Assembly: GCA_963707655.1 (NCBI GenBank)
Contig: OY970172.1
Span: 192,001-256,000 of the forward strand
Direction of reading: 5' to 3'
Source: an uncultured bacterium
GTDB taxonomy: Bacteria > Babelota > Babeliae > Babelales > Vermiphilaceae
DNA: 64,000 nucleotides
Shown here: positions 39,612 to 49,396 of the stretch, one piece after another
Numbering within the stretch: the stretch's first letter is position 1
Layout: each line of letters opens with the position of its first letter
Program-made: the position numbers and the translations under genes
The notes under the pieces: model-generated
What the model was told of the DNA's origin: nothing
What the model saw: the letters and a program-made list of their open reading frames with translations, nothing else
Databases searched by the model: none

Positions 39612-40958
39612 TTAATCCAAGTCAAAGGAGTCTTGATACTTTGGAATCACGACCGACCATCCAAAGCGCTCTTCTATCTTTTGCTTTAATGCTTGGGCAG
39701 CATCAAGCTCACCATGGGTAATAAATACTTTTTTGGGAGCGGTTTGAAAATAGCTTAGCCACTCTATGAGCTCTTGAGAATCAGCATGTGCAGAAAATTC
39801 GCGTATTGTTTTTATTTCTGCGCGCACCGTGTACATGGTGTTCCATATCATTATTTCTTTTGCTCCATTGACCAAGGCCCGCCCCAAGGTGCCCGTTGCT
39901 TGATACCCTACAAAAGCTATGGTGTTTTTGGCATCTGAAACAAAATTTTGCAAATGGTAGAGCATTCGTCCACCGCTTGCCATGCCGCTGCCGGCGATAA
40001 TTATTGCGGGTTGTTTTATATGATCAAGTTTTTTTGATTCCTCGCCGGTACGGGTAAAGGTGGCGAGTCCGCATATTTTTTTACACTCAGATTCTGAGAT
40101 TTTATATTCATCAGCAAACTGGCAAAATAAATCAGTAATTTTTATGGCTGTCGGGCTATCTAAGAAAATAGGAACAGGCGGAATAATGTTTTTTTCTTTT
40201 AATTGATACAGGCAATACAGAATGGTTTGCGTACGCATTGCTGCAAAAGCGGGTATTACCAGCACTCCCCCTTTTTTCATCGTCTCGTTAACTATTTCGC
40301 CCAACTCTTTGATAGGATCACCTGTTTCATGCACTCTGTTGCCGTATGTTGACTCAAGAACTAAAAAATCAGTTTCTTTCAGATGCGGCGGAGATTTGAG
40401 AATAAGTTGATGATCGTTTCCCAGATCGCCTGAAAAGGTCAATTTCTGCTTGCCATCAGATATGATAACAAACGCCGACCCAAGAATATGACTCGATCTG
40501 ATAAGAGTAACCTGCAATCCTTGAATGTTCACCACCGTATCATAATCAGTAGGCTTAAAAAATTTTAATGAGTTTTCTGCGTCACGCCGTGTGTATAAGG
40601 GTTGCACGGGGGCATGCTGAAAATCGCTTTTTGCCCGGGCGTCTTCTTCTTGCAGGTTTCCGCTATCGGTTAATATTATAGCAGTCAGCTCATAGGTAGC
40701 TTGTGAGCAGTATATCGTCCCCTTAAAACCATTTTTGACCAGTAACGGTATATACCCAGTGTGATCTAGATGGGCGTGAGTGAGCACCAGCGCATCAATG
40801 CTTGACGGTGCTACGGGAAATTGGTCCCAATTGTGCTTGGTGAGTTCTCTGCTTCCTTGAAACAGGCCACAATCAACTAAAATTTTTACCTTTTCATGTT
40901 CAACAAGATATTTTGAACCGGTTACTTCTTGTGTGGCACCCAAAAAAGTTATTTTCAT
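39612..40958 (-). CDS. Metallo-beta-lactamase/beta-CASP ribonuclease
   Basis: GA..EVTGS, THAHLDH, SGDLG, ESTYG, GSGM..GGR, SAHAD, HGE. Confidence 0.93.
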   Translation of the reverse strand: MKITFLGATQEVTGSKYLVEHEKVKILVDCGLFQGSRELTKHNWDQFPVAPSSIDALVLTHAHLDHTGYIPLLVKNGFKGTIYCSQATYELTAIILTDSGNLQEEDARAKSDFQHAPVQPLYTRRDAENSLKFFKPTDYDTVVNIQGLQVTLIRSSHILGSAFVIISDGKQKLTFSGDLGNDHQLILKSPPHLKETDFLVLESTYGNRVHETGDPIKELGEIVNETMKKGGVLVIPAFAAMRTQTILYCLYQLKEKNIIPPVPIFLDSPTAIKITDLFCQFADEYKISESECKKICGLATFTRTGEESKKLDHIKQPAIIIAGSGMASGGRMLYHLQNFVSDAKNTIAFVGYQATGTLGRALVNGAKEIMIWNTMYTVRAEIKTIREFSAHADSQELIEWLSYFQTAPKKVFITHGELDAAQALKQKIEERFGWSVVIPKYQDSFDLD

Positions 40959-41223
40959 TACTCGTGCTCTCTTTTTTATTATTATTGGCATTTCATATAA
41001 TTAGTGCTGACATTCACATCAGTTCAGCTATCTTCAATGCACTGTAACACAAAAGCATGCTTGATTTACAACATCGTGCATGCTTTTATGCATTTTATTC
41101 TACCTGCAGGCAGAAAGATCTTGGTTGACGCTATCGATGATCCTTGAGTACATTAAATAGCTATACGGGGGTTATAACAGATCAAGAGGGGGATCACTAA
41201 TCATAAAAAAAGAGTACATAGAG

Positions 41224-41811
41224 ATGAAAAAAGATACTAAAATCCGCTGTTTTGGTAATAAACCAGGTCAAGAATTCTATGCGGAATATCATGACAATGA
41301 ATGGGGTAGGCCCGTTCATGATGATAAGCATTTGTTTGAAATGCTTATTCTTGAAGGTGCCCAAGCAGGGTTGAGCTGGGAAACAATTCTTAAGCGTCGG
41401 CTTGGTTATCGTAAAGCATTTCATAATTTTGATCCCCACAAAGTTGCTAAAATGACGGATGCACAGTTAGAAGCGCTTCGCACTAATACGGACATTATTC
41501 GTAACCGTTTAAAAATTTACGCCGCTCGTCAAAACGCTCAGGTGTTTCTAAAAATACAGCAAGAATTTGGCTCTTTTGATGCGTATCTATGGAAATTTGT
41601 AGACGGTAAACCTATTATCAATCATTGGAAAACCCACCAAGAGATTCCCGCAACAACAGCGGAGAGTGATGCGTTGTCAAAAGATCTAAAAAAGCGGGGC
41701 ATGACTTTTGTAGGATCCATCATTATATACGCCTTTATGCAAGCAGTGGGCCTAGTCAATGATCATCTTACCAATTGTTGGCTGCGTCACGAGGACAAAA
41801 AACTTTTTTAA
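41224..41811 (+). CDS. tag: DNA-3-methyladenine glycosylase I
   Basis: YHDNEWG, LEGAQAGLSW, IIRNRLKI, QAVGLVNDH...C. Confidence 0.95.
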   Translation: MKKDTKIRCFGNKPGQEFYAEYHDNEWGRPVHDDKHLFEMLILEGAQAGLSWETILKRRLGYRKAFHNFDPHKVAKMTDAQLEALRTNTDIIRNRLKIYAARQNAQVFLKIQQEFGSFDAYLWKFVDGKPIINHWKTHQEIPATTAESDALSKDLKKRGMTFVGSIIIYAFMQAVGLVNDHLTNCWLRHEDKKLF

Positions 41812-41890
41812 AGTAAAAAAACTAGATTTTTTTTAGCTCAAGATACGATTAACATGGGGTTTTTTAGAAATCGACTGACAACTGCTTTGG

Positions 41891-42259
41891 CTATAAAACC
41901 GGTTTTAATAAATAGGTTAATGCATAGCACATGCACCCTAAAGATATACACACTATGGTTAAGGTGTGATTAAATTTTTCAGATAAAATTTTTTCATGCG
42001 ATGATTTAATTTTCCATTCAAGAAATCCATATATTGCTGTCGCATCACACCCAACGCCAAACATTCCTATAAAATTGATAACGTCTTGATTAAGTGGATG
42101 ATATGTATTAATTAAAAAAGAGATGATGTAGGCAGAAATTATTATGCAGAATGAGGGAATAAATACAAAGTAATATGATCGCCAACCAGATTTTTTAGCA
42201 TGAATATTTGCCATAATGTCCTTAACTGCTTGAAGTGTATAATAAATATCAAAAATCAA
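41891..42259 (-). CDS. Small membrane protein
   Basis: Three hydrophobic segments. Confidence 0.5.
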   Translation of the reverse strand: MIFDIYYTLQAVKDIMANIHAKKSGWRSYYFVFIPSFCIIISAYIISFLINTYHPLNQDVINFIGMFGVGCDATAIYGFLEWKIKSSHEKILSEKFNHTLTIVCISLGCMCYALTYLLKPVL

Positions 42260-42287
42260 GAAACCATCGCATAAAATTTATAAGCAG

Positions 42288-42313
42288 AAAACCCACCGAT
42301 TGACCGGTGGGTT
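42288..42313 (-). terminator. Intrinsic terminator
   Basis: aacccaccg-attgac-cggtgggtt with T run on minus strand. Confidence 0.7.
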
Positions 42314-42357
42314 CAGTGGCTGCACAGTTCTTTTGCTACGGAGCCTCCGCTCAGCTG

Positions 42358-42852
42358 CTAGTGCTGTATGTATTCTTTGTTTCCCGTGGCTGTGTAATAA
42401 AAGTGGCCGCCACGAGGTCCCAGGTAAATGTTTCTGCCATCATGTGTTTTACCTATAATTTTGGCACCATCAAAATTTTGCACATATTCTCTATGGCCGG
42501 CTGCGTTTTTATAATAGTGGCCTGTGTGGGCACCTTCAAAGACCGGTTTTCCATCAGCTGTTTTGCCGACAATTTCATCTGCGTGTGCTGAATTTTCTTT
42601 TGCAGCATGGTGTGGCTTTTTCGCTTGGTGGACATTAGCCTTACGGTGTTCTGCCGTTGCATGTTCTTTTTTGGCTGCGGCATTTTTATGCTGATGTTTT
42701 GTATCTTTTTCATGAGGTTTGTGTTTTGCTGTTTTGTCTGTCTTGCTCGTTGCATGCTTAGCGTGGTGGTGAGTAGCATCTTTCGTTTCAGCTTTCATTG
42801 ACGCAACAAAAAGCACTATCGAGAGAGAGAGTGCACCTAATAACTTTTTCAT
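42358..42852 (-). CDS. Secreted His/Lys-rich protein with two PBCV-basic-adaptor-like repeats
   Basis: IVGKTADGKPVFEGAHTGHYY and IIGKTHDGRNIYLGPRGGHFYY..GNKEY. Confidence 0.72.
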   Translation of the reverse strand: MKKLLGALSLSIVLFVASMKAETKDATHHHAKHATSKTDKTAKHKPHEKDTKHQHKNAAAKKEHATAEHRKANVHQAKKPHHAAKENSAHADEIVGKTADGKPVFEGAHTGHYYKNAAGHREYVQNFDGAKIIGKTHDGRNIYLGPRGGHFYYTATGNKEYIQH

Positions 42853-43083
42853 ACGTGATCCTTTTTTGTGGAATGTTATGAGATATTTAACGTATGGCCC
42901 ATTAAACCAAGTGTACTTATTGTATCAATAGAAAAATCAGAATGTGCAATAGTTTTATGAAATGAGCTATTGGAGCAGCACTGTTCGTGTGGTATTTCTC
43001 CCTAAAAAAAATTATCTTGCTCTGGATTTTTTGGTAAAGCATAATGGTTTATTATTAATCTTTTTTACCGGCAAGTTTCACCC

Positions 43084-44094
43084 ATGATAGAAAAACAATC
43101 TCTTTCAGATCAACGCATTATTGATTGCCTAGATACCGATTATGGCATTAAAGCTACTGCACTGACATTCATTCCTTTAGGTGCAGATATAGATGCATCA
43201 GTATACAAAGCTGAGACGCATGACCGGGCATCTTATTTTGTAAAGCTAAAACGTGGTTATGATCATGATATCGGTGTTATCATACAATCATTGTTATATG
43301 ATGCTGGTATTCAACAGATTATCTCACCTATCAAAACAAATCATGGTCAACCAACTCACTATATCGATAATTTTACGCTCATTGTCTATCCATTTATTAT
43401 CGGACAAGACGGCTTTAGCCGCGATCTCACCAACGATCAATGGATTACACTGGGCAAAGCCTTGAGACAAATTCATGAATTTCAGCTACCGCCATTAATC
43501 AAAGATCAGATTAAACGCGAATCCTATTCTCCACAATGGCAAGAAATTGTCCGATCATTCTATACGTATATCGACGCTGAACACAAGGTGACTGACGATA
43601 TAGCCCTGAAGTTGTTAACGTTTATGAAAGAGCATAGAAGAACAATTCAACGCTTAGTAAATCGCGCTGATCAGCTAGGAAAAAAAATCCAGAAAAAATC
43701 ATCTGAGTTTGTACTGTGCCATTCTGATATTCATGGCGGTAATGTATTAATAGCCAATGATGGGGCCATTTACATAGTAGACTGGGACCAACCTATTCTG
43801 GCCCCCAAAGAGTGGGATCTCATGTTTATTGGTGGTGGCATTGCAAACGTTTGGAATAATCCACATGAAGAAGAATTCTTCTATAAAGGTTACGGAAAAA
43901 CTGAGATCAATGGAGAAATTCTTGCCTATTATCGCTATGAACGAATTGTAGAAGATGTCGCTGTGTATGGTCAGCAGTTGCTTTTAAGCGCAGATGGGGG
44001 CAAGGACAGAGCGGTGATGTATAAGCAGTTCATAGATTTGTTTGCACCTCGGGGTGTGGTGGATATTGCATTTACAACAGATGCGGATTTATAG
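43084..44094 (+). CDS. Aminoglycoside phosphotransferase family kinase (APH(9)-like)
   Basis: LGAD..A.VY, YFVKL, LCHSDIHGGNVLI, IVDWD, APKE.DL. Confidence 0.85.
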   Translation: MIEKQSLSDQRIIDCLDTDYGIKATALTFIPLGADIDASVYKAETHDRASYFVKLKRGYDHDIGVIIQSLLYDAGIQQIISPIKTNHGQPTHYIDNFTLIVYPFIIGQDGFSRDLTNDQWITLGKALRQIHEFQLPPLIKDQIKRESYSPQWQEIVRSFYTYIDAEHKVTDDIALKLLTFMKEHRRTIQRLVNRADQLGKKIQKKSSEFVLCHSDIHGGNVLIANDGAIYIVDWDQPILAPKEWDLMFIGGGIANVWNNPHEEEFFYKGYGKTEINGEILAYYRYERIVEDVAVYGQQLLLSADGGKDRAVMYKQFIDLFAPRGVVDIAFTTDADL

Positions 44095-44104
44095 CTTAAC
44101 CGAA

Positions 44105-44608
44105 CTATTGTAAAACCCTTACCATGAGATAGTCAGAATCTTCATTAATCTCCATGAATTTGTACGCTACATGGGCCAGGAGCCGCAATGCTTTATTAAC
44201 AAAAACAAACTGATTGTCTGCATATAATTTAATAAGTTTTTTGAGCCTTAACTCACGATCGTAGGAAGGCATCGCAATAAATTTTTCTTCATGTATTTCA
44301 AAAGGGCCGGGTTGGATATATATTTTGGAAGCACCGTGCAGAGCGAGATAATCACAAGCGTGGTTAAGAAGTTGTGTTCCGTATCCCCTGTGTCTGTGTG
44401 TAGGTTCCATATAAAAATTGTACAATACGTAATAAGGAACTAAGGGGATTTTTTTGTAGTACAAAAAGCCTATGGTTTTCATTGCGTCATAACATTCTAT
44501 GCTTAATTCATTTTCGACGAGACCAAAAGAAATTTTTTGGCTACTCTCAATCGAATAAGTCACGGCCAACAAAGTAGAAATTGCTGCTCTCAATAAAACA
44601 TTTCTCAT
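44105..44608 (-). CDS. Secreted GNAT acetyltransferase
   Basis: HRHRGYGTQLL; signal-like N-terminus. Confidence 0.8.
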   Translation of the reverse strand: MRNVLLRAAISTLLAVTYSIESSQKISFGLVENELSIECYDAMKTIGFLYYKKIPLVPYYVLYNFYMEPTHRHRGYGTQLLNHACDYLALHGASKIYIQPGPFEIHEEKFIAMPSYDRELRLKKLIKLYADNQFVFVNKALRLLAHVAYKFMEINEDSDYLMVRVLQ

Positions 44609-44661
44609 AAATTATTTTTCTTGATTAACATAAAACTAACTGAAACCTACCAAGCAGAGCG

Positions 44662-44784
44662 CTGCGTAGCAGGAGCGAAGACTGACGGCATCACATCCGC
44701 GCGTTCAGTATGAATCAAATAGAATATAGCTTTAGTTTGCAAAACATTCAAACGCTGTTTTCATCAAAATGCACTGCTACATAG
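44662..44784 (+). mobile_element. Relic attachment junction (REP-like flank plus recombinase-tail homologue)
   Basis: 23-bp identity with 52925-52947, then *RHHIRAFSMNQIEYSFSLQNIQTLFS similar to WRYLIDAFGTHDVEFSFSLQSIQTVFS. Confidence 0.75.
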
Positions 44785-45316
44785 TATTGGGCGAATACAG
44801 TTTAATGAATTTGCCCTCAACGGCAAAGCGCCCGTGGCCCCAATGGTGAAGTGTATGCTGGCGCTTGCGCGAAGTAGTGATCCACGCTGCCACTACTTCA
44901 ACAATAAAAATGTTGTATTTTGAAACCAGCGTTGTATTTACTACTGTGCACTCAAGGTTAGCAAAGCACTCTCTAATCAACGGCGGCTGTACAATGCTTG
45001 CCGGATCTTGGGTCAGTTCAAATTTTTTAAACTTGTCGATTTTCTTGCCTGAACAGTTGCCTACTCCCACGACCTGTTTTGCCAATTTTGCATCAGGAAT
45101 GTTGATGACGCATTGCCCGGTTGCTTTGAACAAGGAAAAAGAATAATCTTCGCTGCCCATCACCATCGCAATGAGCGGCGGCGTAAAATCAACCATCATG
45201 TGCCACGCCATAGTCATAACATTTGGCTTACCATCTTTTTGCGTGGTAACCATAATGACCGGTCCAGGTTCAATGAGCTGATATACTTTGGATAGAGATA
45301 ACTTTTTTTTCTTCAT
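44777..45316 (-). CDS. Flavin reductase-like (flavoredoxin) protein
   Basis: GPV..VTT, NVMT.AW, INIP, SG..IDKF, LEC.V. Confidence 0.9.
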   Translation of the reverse strand: MKKKKLSLSKVYQLIEPGPVIMVTTQKDGKPNVMTMAWHMMVDFTPPLIAMVMGSEDYSFSLFKATGQCVINIPDAKLAKQVVGVGNCSGKKIDKFKKFELTQDPASIVQPPLIRECFANLECTVVNTTLVSKYNIFIVEVVAAWITTSRKRQHTLHHWGHGRFAVEGKFIKLYSPNTM

Positions 45317-45349
45317 AATATAAACTCCTTCATCATGCGTTTATTCAAA

Positions 45350-45402
45350 AATGAGTCTAGTGAAGGAGTCTTTATAAAAGCAATCGATTGAACATAAGTA
45401 AA
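45350..45402. repeat. 53-bp direct repeat, copy 1
   Basis: Matches 49048-49100 with one mismatch. Confidence 0.93.
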
Positions 45403-45600
45403 CGCGCCTTAAGCATCTTGATCTACACGTTGCAATGCTTGTGCTATCTCGTTAATGCCGGATAAGCCGAGCTTGCAATGGGGTAAGCCAAAAAGCGTTT
45501 AAAGGCTTGAATAATAAAGCTATGCCATACCCATTTGGATTTTTTCATTTAAAAGTGATAATCTAAAGCAATATGGGAATTAAAATTTTTAGAGGTTTAT

Positions 45601-47031
45601 ATGAAATTTATTCATTCAGTTTTATTATTTATTTTTTCACTATCATTTATCTCGACTCATCCTATGGACACTGATGATAATGCTCATTCATTATTAGCCT
45701 TGTCAGCAATTAAATTTAAGCAAAAATTAAAAAATGGCTCATTAAATATCGATGTTCAAGATAAAGATGGTAAAACACTGCTTTTGCATAGTGTTGAACA
45801 ACAAAAAACTCAGCATCTGGAAGCCTTACTCGCTGCAAAAGCAAATCCATGGATTAAAGACAGTAATGGTCGCGACGCTTTTCATATGGCAGCAGAAAAA
45901 GGTTCTTTGGCTATGTTTCGCCGGCTAGCAAAGTATCACGGAGATACCCAAGAGTGGTTCGATATGTTACAAAATCATAATGTGCAATTGAGTAGCAGCT
46001 CAAATCAGGTATCAAATCCACTTGCATATTTACAAAATAATAACAATTATCCTTGTGCCTTTTTTCTTAAAAACTTCCATAAATATAAAAAACCATTGTC
46101 TAGAGCTCTAATGCTTGGCGATATCGGAGCAATAGATGAACAAATCAAATTAGATAAAGAGATTATCGACCGCTCGCTAACAGGCAACGATCCTAAATAT
46201 CGAATTGCGGTGGAAAATGGTGCGAAAAAAATAAAACGAGATACCTATTTAACACCCTTAGGTTTTTCTATCCTATTGCAAGATGCCCAATTGGCATCGC
46301 ATCTTTTAGAGCATGGTGCTCGCGATAGCGGCACTTTTATTACTTATTCCATAGCTGAAGAGCTACCGCTTTCTTTTGCGGAATTATTGGATCAATATAA
46401 TGTTCCCTTTCCCACACCATTACCAAAAGGTATTGAACATATTCGGCAGGCTTTGAACCAAACAATATCTATTGATCAAAGAGACTCTAGAGGAAATACG
46501 GCATTGCATTGGGCTTGTACTGTGGGAAATCCAGATCATATAGCAAAGCTCATCGACAAAGGAGCAAATATTAATGTTGTTGATACTAAAAAACATAGAA
46601 GTGGACTTTCATGGCTTGAGAGAATGCATAAAGGTGCAGTTGAAAAATTTGGTCAGCAAATAACTACCAGCAGATTTTTGCCATGTCTTTTTCTTATGAT
46701 CGGTGCAGGTGCAAATAGTAGGATCAAAGATGAGAAAGGTAAAACGATACATGACTGGTTATCTGAAATTGATAAGGGTGAAACTGAACAAAGATTAATT
46801 AATCGAGTTCTGAGTATGAAGAGTCTTCCCAAGAAAAAACACAAAGATTTCTTAAAAAGGTTATTGGAAGACATTTATGATTTTCAAGTAAAAGACATGA
46901 ACCAATGGCGAGAAAATGATAGTAAATTTGATCTTGCAGATGTGTACGAAATACAAAAAGCTTTAGTCAAAGAACCCGCAGCCGATGGACAATTGCAGTT
47001 CAAAGCTATTTATAAAAAATATATTGAGTAA
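45601..47031 (+). CDS. Secreted ankyrin-repeat protein
   Basis: DKDGKTLL, GRDAFHMAA, TPLGFS, RGNTALHWAC..G, GANIN; signal peptide. Confidence 0.9.
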   Translation: MKFIHSVLLFIFSLSFISTHPMDTDDNAHSLLALSAIKFKQKLKNGSLNIDVQDKDGKTLLLHSVEQQKTQHLEALLAAKANPWIKDSNGRDAFHMAAEKGSLAMFRRLAKYHGDTQEWFDMLQNHNVQLSSSSNQVSNPLAYLQNNNNYPCAFFLKNFHKYKKPLSRALMLGDIGAIDEQIKLDKEIIDRSLTGNDPKYRIAVENGAKKIKRDTYLTPLGFSILLQDAQLASHLLEHGARDSGTFITYSIAEELPLSFAELLDQYNVPFPTPLPKGIEHIRQALNQTISIDQRDSRGNTALHWACTVGNPDHIAKLIDKGANINVVDTKKHRSGLSWLERMHKGAVEKFGQQITTSRFLPCLFLMIGAGANSRIKDEKGKTIHDWLSEIDKGETEQRLINRVLSMKSLPKKKHKDFLKRLLEDIYDFQVKDMNQWRENDSKFDLADVYEIQKALVKEPAADGQLQFKAIYKKYIE

Positions 47032-47607
47032 TCCTACAGCACATTCTAAGCCATTGAATTTTACTAAACAATGCTAGAATACTTATCAATTAATGAAAAA
47101 GCACGGCTTTTGTAAGGCTGTGTTTTTAAAAAAATTCAATATTATTCGGATTTTTCTAACAATATTTCACACCTATCATCCACAAGTTGATCGATTTGTT
47201 CGCGAGCTTCAGCTGGCTCTCTCATTGCATCAAGAGTCTTTCCTTGGTCACGATTATTACCGCCAAGAGGAACTTCTGCAAACAAAATATGAGTTTTAGG
47301 CTCAAGTAGGGCATTTTATCGTCAATTGTTTGGAGTTTTTGTTTTTTAGTTAACATTTTTTATCCTTAAAATTAAGTATATAGTAAGTATCAATGGCACA
47401 TATCTTAGCCGCAAAATCCAGAATAAAACAAACTTTTTTGCTCTCCATGAATTACATGCTATCGGTTCGTGATCATTGCATAAGAGAATTTCGTGGATCG
47501 TTTTGTACACTATCCGAACAAATGAAAAGGGGCCGCGTTATTCATGCAGCCCCTCGTACTTAATCTTTAATTAAAGAACTTTTTTCTAAAATATTCTTCC
47601 CAACTTT

Positions 47608-47657
47608 TAACTTCGTCTTCATCATAAAAAAATCTTTTTATGATGAAGACGAAGTTA
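47608..47657. repeat. Perfect 23-bp inverted repeat with 4-nt loop
   Basis: taacttcgtcttcatcataaaaa-aatc-tttttatgatgaagacgaagtta. Confidence 0.92.
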
Positions 47658-47892
47658 TTTGTGTTAATAATAAAGCTATTAATGTATGTTCAAATTGGGT
47701 CATTTTATCCGTTTAATAATACGAAATTTAATAAAATAGATTGGAATACACGTTAGCATCCCGATCAAATATTGTTGCTACCAATACCACATTGTATATC
47801 CTCTACCACAAATCAATCATACAGGTCTCATTTCTATACGAGCAGTATGATTGATTTGTAATGATGTATTTTTGATTAAAATTGCTGAGATT

Positions 47893-48099
47893 TTAGTTTT
47901 TATCAACCAAATCATATAAAAAAGCTATTATTTTACACACATGCCAAATGATAGCGAGCGTAGCAAAAAAAATTGCTATATCTCCCCGAGGAATTACTCT
48001 GATATGATTAAAGTATTGTTGACAAAAAACAGCTGTAAGCGAGCCTGCCATAACTACAATAAATAACTTCTTATTTAATCGAGGCAAAGCTAGATTCAT
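47893..48099 (-). CDS. Small two-TM membrane protein
   Basis: ATGA overlap with upstream gene; two hydrophobic helices. Confidence 0.6.
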   Translation of the reverse strand: MNLALPRLNKKLFIVVMAGSLTAVFCQQYFNHIRVIPRGDIAIFFATLAIIWHVCKIIAFLYDLVDKN

Positions 48100-48638
48100 G
48101 GAAGTCCCGGTATAAATGATGCAGCAGTTCCTATCATGAGTGAACCCGATTCGATGCCAGCAGCCACAGTTGGAAGCGCTGCTAATGCCCCAGCATACGT
48201 TCCAGCAGCTCCTGCCGGTCCTGCAGCAACAAACGATGCTGCTATGGCACCAATGCTTCCTATCCCGTATGCCGCATAACCCGTATATTTGAGTGTGTTA
48301 TAAACTATGACACCTGTTAATAAAAAACCGCCATTGAGACGCATTTTTGCTTGTAGTTTATAATCCCCATTATCGAATTTGGAGACTTCAATGTATCCAG
48401 CTTTGCTAGCGAGAAATGATCCCAATGCTTTTTTATCAAGTTTTTTCAAAAGAGGATCAACATCATAATTATGCACTTTGTGTCGCGCATTGTTCTTGAG
48501 GACTTCGTACCCGTCATTGGTTCTCATGACTTTTAAAGATCCTAGCTTGGCGGGAACAAAAAGACCTTCTTTTTTAACGACTAGATCCATTGCGGTTAAT
48601 GGTAATGCGCAGAATAGCGCAAGTAATAGTTGTTTCAT
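48096..48638 (-). CDS. Secreted protein with RLNGG motif and Gly/Ala-rich hydrophobic C-terminus
   Basis: Signal peptide ending TAMD, soluble basic domain, RLNGG, hydrophobic tail. Confidence 0.75.
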   Translation of the reverse strand: MKQLLLALFCALPLTAMDLVVKKEGLFVPAKLGSLKVMRTNDGYEVLKNNARHKVHNYDVDPLLKKLDKKALGSFLASKAGYIEVSKFDNGDYKLQAKMRLNGGFLLTGVIVYNTLKYTGYAAYGIGSIGAIAASFVAAGPAGAAGTYAGALAALPTVAAGIESGSLMIGTAASFIPGLP

Positions 48639-49047
48639 AATAATATCCACTAAAAAATGATTTATTTTTTATTTCATGCCTCATTACGTGATGCTCTTTT
48701 TTTATAAAAAATAGATTTAGCGAATAAACATAAAATACTCCCTACGATTATTTGGAACTAGATGTTAATAACACTGCTTGCTTCATCACTAACCGTAGTT
48801 TTCCCCTAAAACCGACGTTAAGACTATATCAAAAAATATAAAAAGCAAATCAAAATTTTTACTCCATAAAATCATTTAATTATGCCCATTAGATCGATAA
48901 AATCGCTTCTTGTAGAAAGTGTAAACATAACAACATTTAGCTTCGAAATGTGCGTTTTTTTCCTTTAGAACAAGTACTTTTTTGCTTGCGTAGACATAAT
49001 AAAATTCATCAACAAAAATATATTTTTCCAATAAAATCGGTGGCCGT

Positions 49048-49100
49048 AATGAGTCTAGTGAAGGAATCTTTATAAAAGCAATCGATTGAACATAAGTAAA
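49048..49100. repeat. 53-bp direct repeat, copy 2
   Basis: Matches 45350-45402. Confidence 0.93.
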
Positions 49101-49396
49101 AGCGCGTTTCCATCTTGACCGGCATCAAGCGAGAAGATTTAATTCCCGATAAGATCATACACGCGGATTTCCTCAGATAATGCCACTATTATCTTATCGT
49201 CGCCAGTAAAAGAACATTCTTCAGCGTTAGCAAGACCTTCAATTACCGATTTTCCGGATGTGCAATAATTTTATAAAATGAGAGATGGCTCAGTAATCGA
49301 TATAAATAAAAAAAACCACCGTTTTACGGGTGGGTTTGTAATTTCATTAAGGTGTGACAGATATTGAGCACACGGCGACCTTGTGGCGGAATAATC

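Noticed and set aside
47093..47360. ORF 47093-47299 (+), or a frameshifted minus-strand small gene
   Set aside because: No recognisable domain and the competing frames cannot be resolved by eye.
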